From Candidatus Saccharimonadota bacterium (GTDB lineage Bacteria; Patescibacteriota; Saccharimonadia; Saccharimonadales; DTSZ01): DNA of 64,000 bases. Both the position numbers and the translations under genes were made by a program. A model generated the notes under the pieces. That model ran no database searches and was not told where the DNA came from. It saw only the letters and a program-made list of their open reading frames with translations. Of this stretch, positions 37,883 to 46,017 are shown in pieces. The stretch covers positions 503,763-567,762 of the forward strand of contig DTSZ01000001.1 of NCBI GenBank assembly GCA_012965045.1. Reading direction: 5' to 3'. How positions within the stretch are numbered: position 1 is the first letter of the stretch; each line of letters opens with the position of its first letter.

Positions 37883-39304
37883 TTAAGATAGGCGTCGGAC
37901 TTTAATGGTGTCGGTTCCGCCAATTTCGCCAGGATATTTACCAGACGTAATAACCACCACATCGTCTTTAGCAAGAATGTCATTTTTGCGAAGCCAGTCT
38001 GTCATGCGCTCCCCCACCTGTCGGCTTTGAGCTCGAACGTAACTTTTACCGCCGTAAACTAGCGCCAGTTGGTTAGCAACTTGCTGGTCGTGGGTAACCA
38101 TAATAATCGGCATATTTGGTCGATGGCTAGCAAGGCTACGGGCTGTGTTGCCGCTTGCGGTCTCGGCTACAATTGCAGCTGCTTGCACTTGGTGCGCTAA
38201 TGTCATAACAGCAGAGCTGATAGAACTTTGAATCGAATGATCTTCATCAATTAAATAGCGTGGCTCGACTGGTGCGTTGTCTTCGGTATAGCGAATAATT
38301 CGCTTCATATATTTTATAGAATCTTCTGGAAAATCACCGCTGGCGGTTTCGTCGCTTAACATAACGGCGTCTGTGCCCAAAATAACCGCCGTAGCGACAT
38401 CTGACACCTCGGCCCGGGTCGGCGACGGAGCGTCGGTCATGCTCGCTAACATTTGAGTAGCAACAATACTGACTTTGCCGTGCTTCTGACATAAACCAAT
38501 AATTTGTCGTTGCACAATCGGCACAGATTCTGGCTCGGTTTCGGTAGCTAAGTCACCACGAGCGACCATCACACCGTCAGACTCTTTTACAATTTCTTCA
38601 AGGTTTTGCGTGGCAGCTTTAGTTTCCACCTTAGTAATTACTTTAGCGTTGGAGCCAAGTTTTTTAAGTTCTTTCTTTAAAAGCCGAACGTCGTCGGCAG
38701 TTTGGACAAAGCTAAGCGCGACGTAATCTACGTCGTGTTCTTGACCAAAGCGAAGGTCTTCACGGTCTTTTTTAGTTAAAATGTCGCCTTCAAGATCGGT
38801 GTCTGGTAGGTTGATTCCTTTTCGACTACTAAATTTACCGTCATTTCGAATTTTGGCCTTTATAACACCGTTTTTTACATGCATAACTTCGGCATGCACC
38901 CGACCGTCGGCGATCAACATTCTGTCGCCAGCTTTTACTTTTTGAGTTAAGTCATATTGAATTGGAAGCTCATCGCTATCTTCAGCCTGTTCTTTTCCAT
39001 ACACACAGCTAATTGTGTTGCCAGCTTTTACTTCTATTTCGTCATTTAGTAGGCCAAAACGAATTTTTGGACCTTGTAAATCTTGTACAACTGCCACTGG
39101 TTTGCCAACAGTGCGGGCAGCGCTGCGTATCCAGGCTATTTGTTGAACTCGCTCTTGAAATGTACCGTGCGAAAAATTAAGTCGAATACCGTTTGCGCCG
39201 TTTTTAATCAGATTCTCAATCGATTTTCTGGAATTGGTTGACGGACCAACCGTGGCTAAAATTTTTGTACGTTTGTAGGAATGGATTGGTGTTTCTTTAC
39301 TCAT
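37883..39304 (-). CDS. pyk: Pyruvate kinase
   Basis: 473 aa. KILATVGPS, NFSHG, MVARGDL, typical length. Confidence 0.9.
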   Translation of the reverse strand: MSKETPIHSYKRTKILATVGPSTNSRKSIENLIKNGANGIRLNFSHGTFQERVQQIAWIRSAARTVGKPVAVVQDLQGPKIRFGLLNDEIEVKAGNTISCVYGKEQAEDSDELPIQYDLTQKVKAGDRMLIADGRVHAEVMHVKNGVIKAKIRNDGKFSSRKGINLPDTDLEGDILTKKDREDLRFGQEHDVDYVALSFVQTADDVRLLKKELKKLGSNAKVITKVETKAATQNLEEIVKESDGVMVARGDLATETEPESVPIVQRQIIGLCQKHGKVSIVATQMLASMTDAPSPTRAEVSDVATAVILGTDAVMLSDETASGDFPEDSIKYMKRIIRYTEDNAPVEPRYLIDEDHSIQSSISSAVMTLAHQVQAAAIVAETASGNTARSLASHRPNMPIIMVTHDQQVANQLALVYGGKSYVRAQSRQVGERMTDWLRKNDILAKDDVVVITSGKYPGEIGGTDTIKVRRLS

Positions 39305-39337
39305 ACTTTGTAGTCTACAAGGTAACGATTTTAGTAT

Positions 39338-39679
39338 CTAGTTAAGTTTTTTGCTTTTTACTTTTAGGTGTACGTAAGTCAACGCAATCGCTCCAAGCGT
39401 TAATGCGCTAATAGCTAGCTGAATGCTACGATCTTGCTCGGCTCTATCAAGCGTGCCGCAATCGTTTAAGGGCCTTTTTTGTTCTGAATATTCATTTTCC
39501 CAGTCAATTACGGTGTTTTCTGTCTCGCAGTTTTGAATCTCACATTCAATGGTGTCTTCTTCGCAATAAATAACACTTAGAGCCTGCGTCGGCGAATAGA
39601 TAGTGACTACAATGAGCAATGAAACGAGTAATTTAAGCATGAGGTTAGTATAGCAGCTAGCGTTTAGATGCGGGCTCAT
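39338..39679 (-). CDS. Small membrane protein, hypothetical
   Basis: 113 aa with N- and C-terminal hydrophobic segments. Confidence 0.45.
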   Translation of the reverse strand: MSPHLNASCYTNLMLKLLVSLLIVVTIYSPTQALSVIYCEEDTIECEIQNCETENTVIDWENEYSEQKRPLNDCGTLDRAEQDRSIQLAISALTLGAIALTYVHLKVKSKKLN

Positions 39680-39841
39680 ACATACAGACAGACACCTGCA
39701 CTTGGTGGTTAGAATCTTTGCTTTTTATATGTCTACTGAAATATTAAAAAATACGATCTATCCACAGATTATGTAAAGAAATCAACAGAACCTTTACGCT
39801 CAGAAGCTTATAATGGTTTTTGAAATAAAGGGGGATTTTTA

Positions 39842-40690
39842 ATGCATCATACCAATGCAGTTCGCACGAGCTGGCTTAAACTAACCGCCACTGCGACAAC
39901 AGTACTGGCTTTAATGTTATCAATGACAAACTCGGTAGGAGCAACTCATTTAATTAATTATCAGTCAGTGCCGTTTACGCCTGATGAGATTTCTAATAAC
40001 TGGGTAGTTGATCGAGCGACACCATCAGGTGGCCACGGGTCCGTTTCTTATGCTGATCGAGATAATGTAATGGAAATGAATATTGATGTTGAGAACAGAA
40101 GCGAACTTGGTGGATTCTACTTCACTGAGGGTTTGCAGCGCGACCTCGCTGACGAAACATTCGCACTCAGCAACGATCTATTTGTTGAATCCAGCTGGTC
40201 AGAAATTGATGTACGCGCTGGACTATGGGGAGTAGGAAACAATGCCGGTGATGATGTGTCAGCTTACCCAATAACAGAATTTACAACTGCAGGAGAAGGT
40301 GATTTCACTGGTTGGAGAGTATGGGACGGCGTGCTCGGAGGTTGGACAAATCTACCAGAAGTTGAATACAAATCAGATGAATGGAATAGTCTACAAATTA
40401 TATTAAATAATGACACTCTGATGTTTGATCATTACATAAATGGCGAACTAGTTGCTGCAACAACCGCTGGTGACTCTGTTGATTTCGGATCAATAATCCT
40501 AAACAACTTTAACTACGGCTCAGAAGCATCTAACTACAGCGTTCATTGGAGTGAGTTTGCATTTGCTACTGATATATATGAATCACCAGTATCAAAAAAC
40601 GAGTGTAAAAAAGGCGGATACGAAACGTTTGGATTTAGTAACCAAGGTCAATGTATTCAATACGTAAATACTGGTAAAGACAGTCGCTAA
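39842..40690 (+). CDS. Secreted hypothetical protein (jelly-roll/lectin-like, C-terminal CKKGGY...NQGQCIQYV motif)
   Basis: 282 aa with a signal peptide (ATATTVLALMLSMTNSVGA). RBS AAAGGGGGA. Followed by a strong terminator. Confidence 0.65.
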   Translation: MHHTNAVRTSWLKLTATATTVLALMLSMTNSVGATHLINYQSVPFTPDEISNNWVVDRATPSGGHGSVSYADRDNVMEMNIDVENRSELGGFYFTEGLQRDLADETFALSNDLFVESSWSEIDVRAGLWGVGNNAGDDVSAYPITEFTTAGEGDFTGWRVWDGVLGGWTNLPEVEYKSDEWNSLQIILNNDTLMFDHYINGELVAATTAGDSVDFGSIILNNFNYGSEASNYSVHWSEFAFATDIYESPVSKNECKKGGYETFGFSNQGQCIQYVNTGKDSR

Positions 40691-40708
40691 GTCGTCGCGT
40701 AACTCCTT

Positions 40709-40740
40709 AAAAAACCGAGCTAGCTAGAGCTCGGTTTTTT
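40709..40740. terminator. Bidirectional rho-independent terminator
   Basis: AAAAAA-CCGAGCT-AGCTAG-AGCTCGG-TTTTTT. Confidence 0.8.
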
Positions 40741-40889
40741 AATTGGTGACCCTAACCTGCCTGCCGGTAGGAAGGGAAAATATCTAACGATATAATCTGC
40801 GTAACTTTTCGAAGCTAGGAGGTAGCTTCTGTGAGAGCACTTGATTATCTGAACTCTAGAGTTCGTGCTCTCTTCGAGAGCTAACCACG
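40741..40889. other. Structured non-coding region between two terminators (candidate small RNA, strand unresolved)
   Basis: Contains TGGTGACCC (a copy of the tRNA-Glu 3' end), hairpin CCTGCCTGCCGGTAGGAAGG, hairpin GAAGCTA-GGAGG-TAGCTTC, palindrome GAACTCTAGAGTTC, and mutually exclusive pairings GAGAGCAC/GTGCTCTC versus GCTCTC/GAGAGC. Confidence 0.4.
40756..40775 (+). repeat. Hairpin motif copy A (CCTGCCTGCCGGTAGGAAGG+GAAA)
   Basis: 22 of 24 nt identical to 61171-61194 in the same orientation. Confidence 0.7.
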
Positions 40890-40912
40890 AAAAAACCCAC
40901 CGCAAGGGTGGG
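40890..40912 (-). terminator. Terminator of tRNA-Glu
   Basis: On the minus strand: CCCACC-CTTGC-GGTGGG followed by TTTTTT. Confidence 0.75.
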
Positions 40913-40920
40913 CATTTTCG

Positions 40921-40995
40921 TGGTGACCCCAAGGAGGATCGAACTCCTATTTTCAGGATGAAAACCTGATGTCCTAACCATTAGACGATGGGGCC
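40921..40995 (-). tRNA. tRNA-Glu (anticodon UUC), CCA encoded
   Basis: Reverse complement folds as GGCCCCA-TC-GTCT-AATGGTTA-GGAC-A-TCAGG-TTTTCAT-CCTGA-AAAT-AGGAG-TTCGATC-CTCCT-TGGGGTC-ACCA. Hand-folded cloverleaf. Confidence 0.85.
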
Positions 40996-41082
40996 AATTT
41001 ACTCGGGAAATACTATCATTTTCACCTCTGTTTCGCAAGATTAAAAATTTACAAGCCAGCGTTGTCGATTATTATGTAGGTT

Positions 41083-41640
41083 ATGAACAAAAATATAAAA
41101 CTACTACTCACTGCCAACTATTGGCATACATTTGGCTTTACTCTGCTATCGCCTCTGTATGCCGTGTACGTAACACAGCAACTAAACGGCTCGGAATTCG
41201 AAATTGGCCTGTCCTACTCGGTCTATGGATTCTCGGCAGGCATTTTAATGATTATTGCGGGCCGTGTAGAAGATTCAATCTCTAAATACGCCAAACAGAT
41301 TTTAACCTTTGGCTACGTCCTCTTAGCAATTGCTTCATTTGGCTATTTGCTGGTGGATAGCATTTACCAACTTATGTTTTTGCAAATGATATACGCAATG
41401 GCCGTTGCCATATACGTGCCTATGTCAAAAACCTTGTTCTCGAAACTGGAAGACGACGGCAAAGAGTCGTCAGAATGGGCGATCATGGATGGCGGCAACT
41501 TTTTAATTATCGGTTTCTCGTCTTTAATTGGAGGCTACTTATTGGCAAACTATTCCTTTGATGTGATCTTTATCGGCATGGGCATAAGCCAATTATTTGC
41601 AGCCCTATTAGTTTCTCGGGTGGCGCCTTCTAGAATATAA
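41083..41640 (+). CDS. Half-size MFS-like membrane protein (about 6 TM), possibly a truncated remnant
   Basis: 185 aa. Hydrophobic pattern and the loop AGRVEDSISKY resemble one half of an MFS transporter. Confidence 0.5.
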   Translation: MNKNIKLLLTANYWHTFGFTLLSPLYAVYVTQQLNGSEFEIGLSYSVYGFSAGILMIIAGRVEDSISKYAKQILTFGYVLLAIASFGYLLVDSIYQLMFLQMIYAMAVAIYVPMSKTLFSKLEDDGKESSEWAIMDGGNFLIIGFSSLIGGYLLANYSFDVIFIGMGISQLFAALLVSRVAPSRI

Positions 41641-41683
41641 AGTCGAGGCAGTAGCTAATCAGTATATATGTTGTATCTAGCCC

Positions 41684-42280
41684 TTAAGGAGTGAGTGCCT
41701 CGGCATATTCAACAATAGAACGGGCTAAGTCTTGATACGTACGATTTCGTAAATTTCTATCTGTTATATCTGGTGTAGTTATTTGCAGCTCTGCCTGCTC
41801 TAAAACTGCTCCGGTATTTAGGGGTGGCAATGCTCCATTTAATTCCGCATTTCTCAACACCATAAATTTGTCGTAGTCTACTGTATCGCCTAATCGGCCC
41901 CGAAGTTTCATGCGATTAAATTCAGTCTGTGGGTCAGGTGCATGCACCCCAACAATCACACCCCTGTCACTAATAACACCCGCTGTGTCATCAGGATCTC
42001 GTAACCCATCAACTACACAGCCAATTGCATTAGCAGCTCGGGCCTCTTTTATAGCTTGCCTGTAAATAAAATCGCTACCGCGCTCTTGTTTTTGACGTTG
42101 CACAAACTCGCGCATACTATAACGATCTCCTTGATGATGACCGTATTCTTTTAAATACTCCCCTTTTAGCCAAGTACTATCAAAAAGCTGATAGCCATGT
42201 TCAACTTGGATTGCCTTAGATAGTTCAGACTTACCCGAACCGGGCAAACCAACAACTGCAATAATTGGAAACTCGTTCAT
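41684..42280 (-). CDS. P-loop nucleotide/nucleoside kinase-like protein
   Basis: 198 aa. Walker A VVGLPGSGKSE near the N-terminus. Size and layout fit small NMP/dNMP-kinase-like proteins. Confidence 0.6.
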   Translation of the reverse strand: MNEFPIIAVVGLPGSGKSELSKAIQVEHGYQLFDSTWLKGEYLKEYGHHQGDRYSMREFVQRQKQERGSDFIYRQAIKEARAANAIGCVVDGLRDPDDTAGVISDRGVIVGVHAPDPQTEFNRMKLRGRLGDTVDYDKFMVLRNAELNGALPPLNTGAVLEQAELQITTPDITDRNLRNRTYQDLARSIVEYAEALTP

Positions 42281-42321
42281 AATAAATTATATAATATGTC
42301 AATAATCTATTCTGGTCAATT

Positions 42322-42759
42322 TCAAAGTTCGCTTAGAATTTGGCCTTTGGCAATAAATCGAAGAATCTCTTTGAAGTAATCGTAGGTATTATCAGGAAGT
42401 GACTGTTCATTAAACCAACCTATCTGCGTACACTTGTCTGGCTCGGCATTTACTACCTCGCCTTGCCAATTGGTGATTTCATAAAATAAGTCCAGTCGGT
42501 CTTCGTCAGAATCATCTACTAATCTATGCGAGACATGAACAAGGGTGATGTCGTCTTTGTTGACGCTTACACCGACTTCTTCTTGTAACTCGCGAACAAC
42601 GGCATCGCTAAAATGTTCGTCTTTTTCAACATGGCCTGACGGAACAATATATTCGTTGTCTTTATAGCCAGTATTTTGACGCAGCAACATAGGAAATGTA
42701 CCGTCTTCGCGCCGTAAAATCATATACACAGCAGCTATATGTGAGTGTCGTTTTGTCAT
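42322..42759 (-). CDS. Nudix hydrolase
   Basis: 145 aa. SGHVEKDEHFSDAVVRELQEEVGV. Confidence 0.8.
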   Translation of the reverse strand: MTKRHSHIAAVYMILRREDGTFPMLLRQNTGYKDNEYIVPSGHVEKDEHFSDAVVRELQEEVGVSVNKDDITLVHVSHRLVDDSDEDRLDLFYEITNWQGEVVNAEPDKCTQIGWFNEQSLPDNTYDYFKEILRFIAKGQILSEL

Positions 42760-42772
42760 TCTAATCTCGTTT

Positions 42773-42991
42773 CTAACTTAAACTATTTAGTTCTGTGCCT
42801 ATATCACTTGGGCCTAAATTATCTAGACCGTTTTGATGAGAACTGCCTACCTGCTGTCTTCTTTCTCGGCGATTTTGTTGTTCCATGCCCACAGCCGCAC
42901 TAAGCGCTCGTAAATCTCCGTCCGACAAATCTGGCACTGCCTCTATCGCGTCTGAAACCGACAGTATGTTTTTGTTTTGTGGTTCACCCAT
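42773..42991 (-). CDS. Small hypothetical protein
   Basis: 72-aa track ORF on the same strand, 13 nt upstream of the Nudix gene. Confidence 0.4.
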   Translation of the reverse strand: MGEPQNKNILSVSDAIEAVPDLSDGDLRALSAAVGMEQQNRRERRQQVGSSHQNGLDNLGPSDIGTELNSLS

Positions 42992-43245
42992 ATTGCTTGA
43001 ATTGTAGCAAAGCCCACAACCGCATAGCCAGGGTTTTTTTATATATGCCCTGCACCCAAAACAAATAGCTTTTTCCGCAGCTGTTATTCAATTATAATTA
43101 AGCTAAGCAATCATCCTCCGGGCCCTGTGCGCTTTTAAAACAAGCTTTAGTTTGTCTGTTTACGATAGTTCTAGCGGCGGACGGCCACGCTATCTACCAG
43201 CAAGCTCTTTTCTAAAAAATCCGTTCACCTCTACCAATCAATTCC

Positions 43246-43530
43246 TTGGAGCTTGTTTTAATGGATCCGACAATAGTTATTAATGAACGTGTTGATGTGA
43301 TCGCCCTGTACCGTAAGGGCGGTGATATCAGTGCGCTCGCGTTCCCAGCCAAAATGCGCTACAACGGCCAAGATATAGTTTTTACGAAACTCGGCATGCG
43401 CCACCCTACAAGCAAAGGCAAGCGCATGATTCATGTGTTTGACGTGTCAGACGGAGTAAACGACTACCGCCTAGAATTTGATGCCGAAAACCTAACCTGG
43501 ACGCTGGTAGCTATGATCGGGGGTGCATAG
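43246..43530 (+). CDS. Small hypothetical protein upstream of the Y-family polymerase
   Basis: 94 aa with a TTG start. Its stop lies 2 nt before the polymerase start. Confidence 0.5.
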   Translation: MELVLMDPTIVINERVDVIALYRKGGDISALAFPAKMRYNGQDIVFTKLGMRHPTSKGKRMIHVFDVSDGVNDYRLEFDAENLTWTLVAMIGGA

Positions 43531-43532
43531 CT

Positions 43533-44792
43533 ATGACACAACTTGATCTTAATACCGAAAAGCCAGCCGTAATGTGGATTGATTTAAATAGCGCGTTTGC
43601 CAGCGCCGAACAGCAAGCCCATCCGTCACTACGCGGTAAGCCCATGGGCGTGACCAATCGGCTGTCTAAAGAATGTTGCGTAATCGCTGCCTCATACGAA
43701 GCTAAGGCTTTGGGCATAAAAGTTGGTGTGCGTCGCAGTGAAGCGCTGGCTTTGTGTCCTGAATTTATTATGCTCGAAACCGACCCGCCCAAGTACCACA
43801 ACGTCTATAAAAAATTACTTAACATCCTGCTCGATTATTCGCCTCATGTAAAAATGAAAAGTATCGATGAAGGTATTATTGATTTCCATGGCATGGAGAG
43901 CTTCAACAAAGGCCAGTCGCTTCAAGACATTGGCCATGAAATTAAACAGCGTGTGTACCGCGAAATTGGCGACTACACTCGCATAAATGTTGGTATTGCA
44001 CCCAACAGGTTTTTAGCTAAAACTGCCGCTGGTCTACATAAACCAGACGGGCTTGATACCATTGACCACACTAATTTATTAGACGTCTACGGCCAGCTTG
44101 AATTGCAGGACCTAAATGGCATTGCCGACGGTTACGGCAGTCGGCTGCGTGCCTACGGAATCACTACGCCCTTGCAATTTTTAAATGCTCCTCAAAACCT
44201 TCTGCAAAAACGAGTATTTAAAAGTATTAATGGCCTGCACTGGTATCGTCGTCTGCGTGGCTATGAAGTTGACGACTACGACACGAACCTTGGCATGATT
44301 GGCCGGCAATGGGTGGTGGGAAATGTCACAAATAACGAAACGTACCTGCGCTCTTGTTTACATTTCTTAACCGAAACTACCGGCATGAAACTGCGGTTCA
44401 GAAACGTAGAGGCTCGTGGTGTTTGCGTCTGGCTGGCCTTTAATAATGGTGAGAGTTTTTACGACAAAAAAACCTATAAAACCACCTGTTATTCCAACCA
44501 AGACATTTGGCTAAGGGTATTGCGATTATTTGAAAAGCGCCCCACTCATCTTAAGGTGCGCACCATGGGGTTGTATTTGTATAATTTAGAGCCCTCTACG
44601 CGCAGTCAATTGAGCTTGTTCGAAGAGGACGCTAAAAAGGAATTTTTAACCAAAGCCGTCGATGAAATTAATGATTTTTACGGCACGTTCACGGTGTTTT
44701 CAGCCGACACGTTAACTGGTACCAAACATATTAAACAAAAAATACCGTTTGGCGGAACAGAGTATTTTAACTTACTACTAAAACGACAGTAA
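43533..44792 (+). CDS. Y-family DNA polymerase (DinB/UmuC-like)
   Basis: 419 aa. VMWIDLNSAFASAEQQAHPSLRGKPMGV, SIDEGIIDF, IAPNRFLAKTA. Confidence 0.85.
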   Translation: MTQLDLNTEKPAVMWIDLNSAFASAEQQAHPSLRGKPMGVTNRLSKECCVIAASYEAKALGIKVGVRRSEALALCPEFIMLETDPPKYHNVYKKLLNILLDYSPHVKMKSIDEGIIDFHGMESFNKGQSLQDIGHEIKQRVYREIGDYTRINVGIAPNRFLAKTAAGLHKPDGLDTIDHTNLLDVYGQLELQDLNGIADGYGSRLRAYGITTPLQFLNAPQNLLQKRVFKSINGLHWYRRLRGYEVDDYDTNLGMIGRQWVVGNVTNNETYLRSCLHFLTETTGMKLRFRNVEARGVCVWLAFNNGESFYDKKTYKTTCYSNQDIWLRVLRLFEKRPTHLKVRTMGLYLYNLEPSTRSQLSLFEEDAKKEFLTKAVDEINDFYGTFTVFSADTLTGTKHIKQKIPFGGTEYFNLLLKRQ

Positions 44793-44813
44793 TTGGACGC
44801 ATTTTGCTAAACT

Positions 44814-45452
44814 GTGGGCATGCAAATACATTTTGATTCATACTCGGATGACTTTAAAACTAAATTACAACAATGGGCGCCTGAATGCTGGAGCGAGCTT
44901 AGACAAATACTGCCTCAGCTTCCAGAAAATATTACGTTTCATTTTAATAATCAGTTTTTGATCGAAAGCATTGGAGTAGGCGGATTTGCACTCAGTGATA
45001 ATGAAATAGTCCTCGCTGCTGCAGTCGACAAACCGTTTGAAGAATTACAAAAAGAGCTACGAGCAACAATATTTCATGAAGGTTATCACCTGGCCCAAGG
45101 CTTTATTGGTAGCGACAAAGACTATGACATGACAGCCTTGCAAAACGGAGTATGGGAAGGTGCCGCTACGGTATTTGAACGAGAGTTTGCGGGCGTGGAC
45201 CATGTATGGGGCAAATACGACGATGAATTTGTGAAACTATGGCTGCCGCAGGTAATTAGCCTTGGGACTAACTGGCACGAGACTGCGGCGAAATGGAAGT
45301 TTTGGGACCCAGAAACTAATACGTCGAATATTTTATACAGACTTGGCACCTCTATTGTCGATGAAGCTATCAAAAAATCTGGCCTAAGCATATGTGAACT
45401 GGTTGATAAAAGTGCTCAAGAAATAATTGATATTTCTAAGGTAAACACCTGA
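44814..45452 (+). CDS. Putative Zn-dependent protease-like protein (HExxH, DUF2268-like)
   Basis: 212 aa. ATIFHEGYHLAQG. ATG at 44820 is an alternative start. Confidence 0.55.
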   Translation: MGMQIHFDSYSDDFKTKLQQWAPECWSELRQILPQLPENITFHFNNQFLIESIGVGGFALSDNEIVLAAAVDKPFEELQKELRATIFHEGYHLAQGFIGSDKDYDMTALQNGVWEGAATVFEREFAGVDHVWGKYDDEFVKLWLPQVISLGTNWHETAAKWKFWDPETNTSNILYRLGTSIVDEAIKKSGLSICELVDKSAQEIIDISKVNT

Positions 45453-45468
45453 TATACTCAAATAGAAT

Positions 45469-45654
45469 ATGAAAATAAATTTCGATAATCGATATACCCG
45501 TTTGTTTGTTTTATGGCTTTGCGGTGTGGCAATTTTGATGATTCCTTTGTTTTACATCGGCAAAACTATTGATGCACCGATACTTGGTCTACTTGGTTTT
45601 TCTGCACTTGTTTCGGGCATTGCTGTAAACTGGATATCGTGGAAAATATTCTAA
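45469..45654 (+). CDS. Small two-TM membrane protein
   Basis: 61-aa track ORF, strongly hydrophobic. Confidence 0.4.
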   Translation: MKINFDNRYTRLFVLWLCGVAILMIPLFYIGKTIDAPILGLLGFSALVSGIAVNWISWKIF

Positions 45655-45779
45655 AATAACGTCTGTATATATGAAACGTTCTGTGCGAAAACTAATTCAA
45701 AAAACCAAACATATAACCGCTACTCATTTTCATTTATTGGTCGTATTTTTGTTCCGTCAGTAAATAGTGAACTAAATTT

Positions 45780-45787
45780 TGTATAAT
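45780..45787 (+). promoter_or_regulatory. Extended -10 promoter element (TGTATAAT)
   Basis: TG-n-TATAAT lies ~24 nt upstream of ATG 45811. RBS AAAGAGGTG lies between them. Confidence 0.4.
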
Positions 45788-45810
45788 ACGTACATAAAGA
45801 GGTGTTTTAT

Positions 45811-46017
45811 ATGGCGAAAAAACGTAACAAAAAATACCAAGGCAAAGATGCCAAGCTTGAAAAGCCAAAAATTGTGCGATACAAGGTTGAAGACAAATCT
45901 AAGTTTCAACGATGGAAAGAAGACAACAAGCCTGAGTTAATTTTACGTGCAGTGCAGTTGGGCGGTATCGGGTTGTTAGGGTTGGTTATTTGGGGTCTTG
46001 TTTCGTTGATTTTTTAG
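45811..46017 (+). CDS. Small basic protein with C-terminal TM
   Basis: MAKKRNKKYQGK...GGIGLLGLVIWGLVSLIF. The track start at 45802 is GTG and sits inside the RBS. ATG 45811 is preferred. Confidence 0.5.
   Translation: MAKKRNKKYQGKDAKLEKPKIVRYKVEDKSKFQRWKEDNKPELILRAVQLGGIGLLGLVIWGLVSLIF

Noticed and set aside
40720-41038. Track ORFs 40720..40932 and 40856..41038 (-), and a 17-aa GTG ORF at ~40812-40865 (+)
   Set aside because: The two track ORFs run through tRNA-Glu and its terminator. The 17-aa ORF has an SD-like GGAGG, but that sequence sits in a hairpin loop and the peptide has no supporting evidence. All are treated as non-coding structure.
42992-43245. LexA/SOS operator upstream of the Y-family polymerase operon
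   Set aside because: I looked for CTGT-N8-ACAG and GAAC-N4-GTTC type palindromes. Only weak 5-bp inverted repeats (GATAG...CTATC) turned up, which is not convincing.
45986-46017. 32-nt overlap between the small + strand ORF (45811..46017) and the histidine kinase 3' end, as a possible annotation error
   Set aside because: Convergent 3' overlaps of this size occur elsewhere in this compact window (49151-49158, 60507-60514). There is no evidence of a frameshift, so both genes are kept, the small ORF at low confidence.
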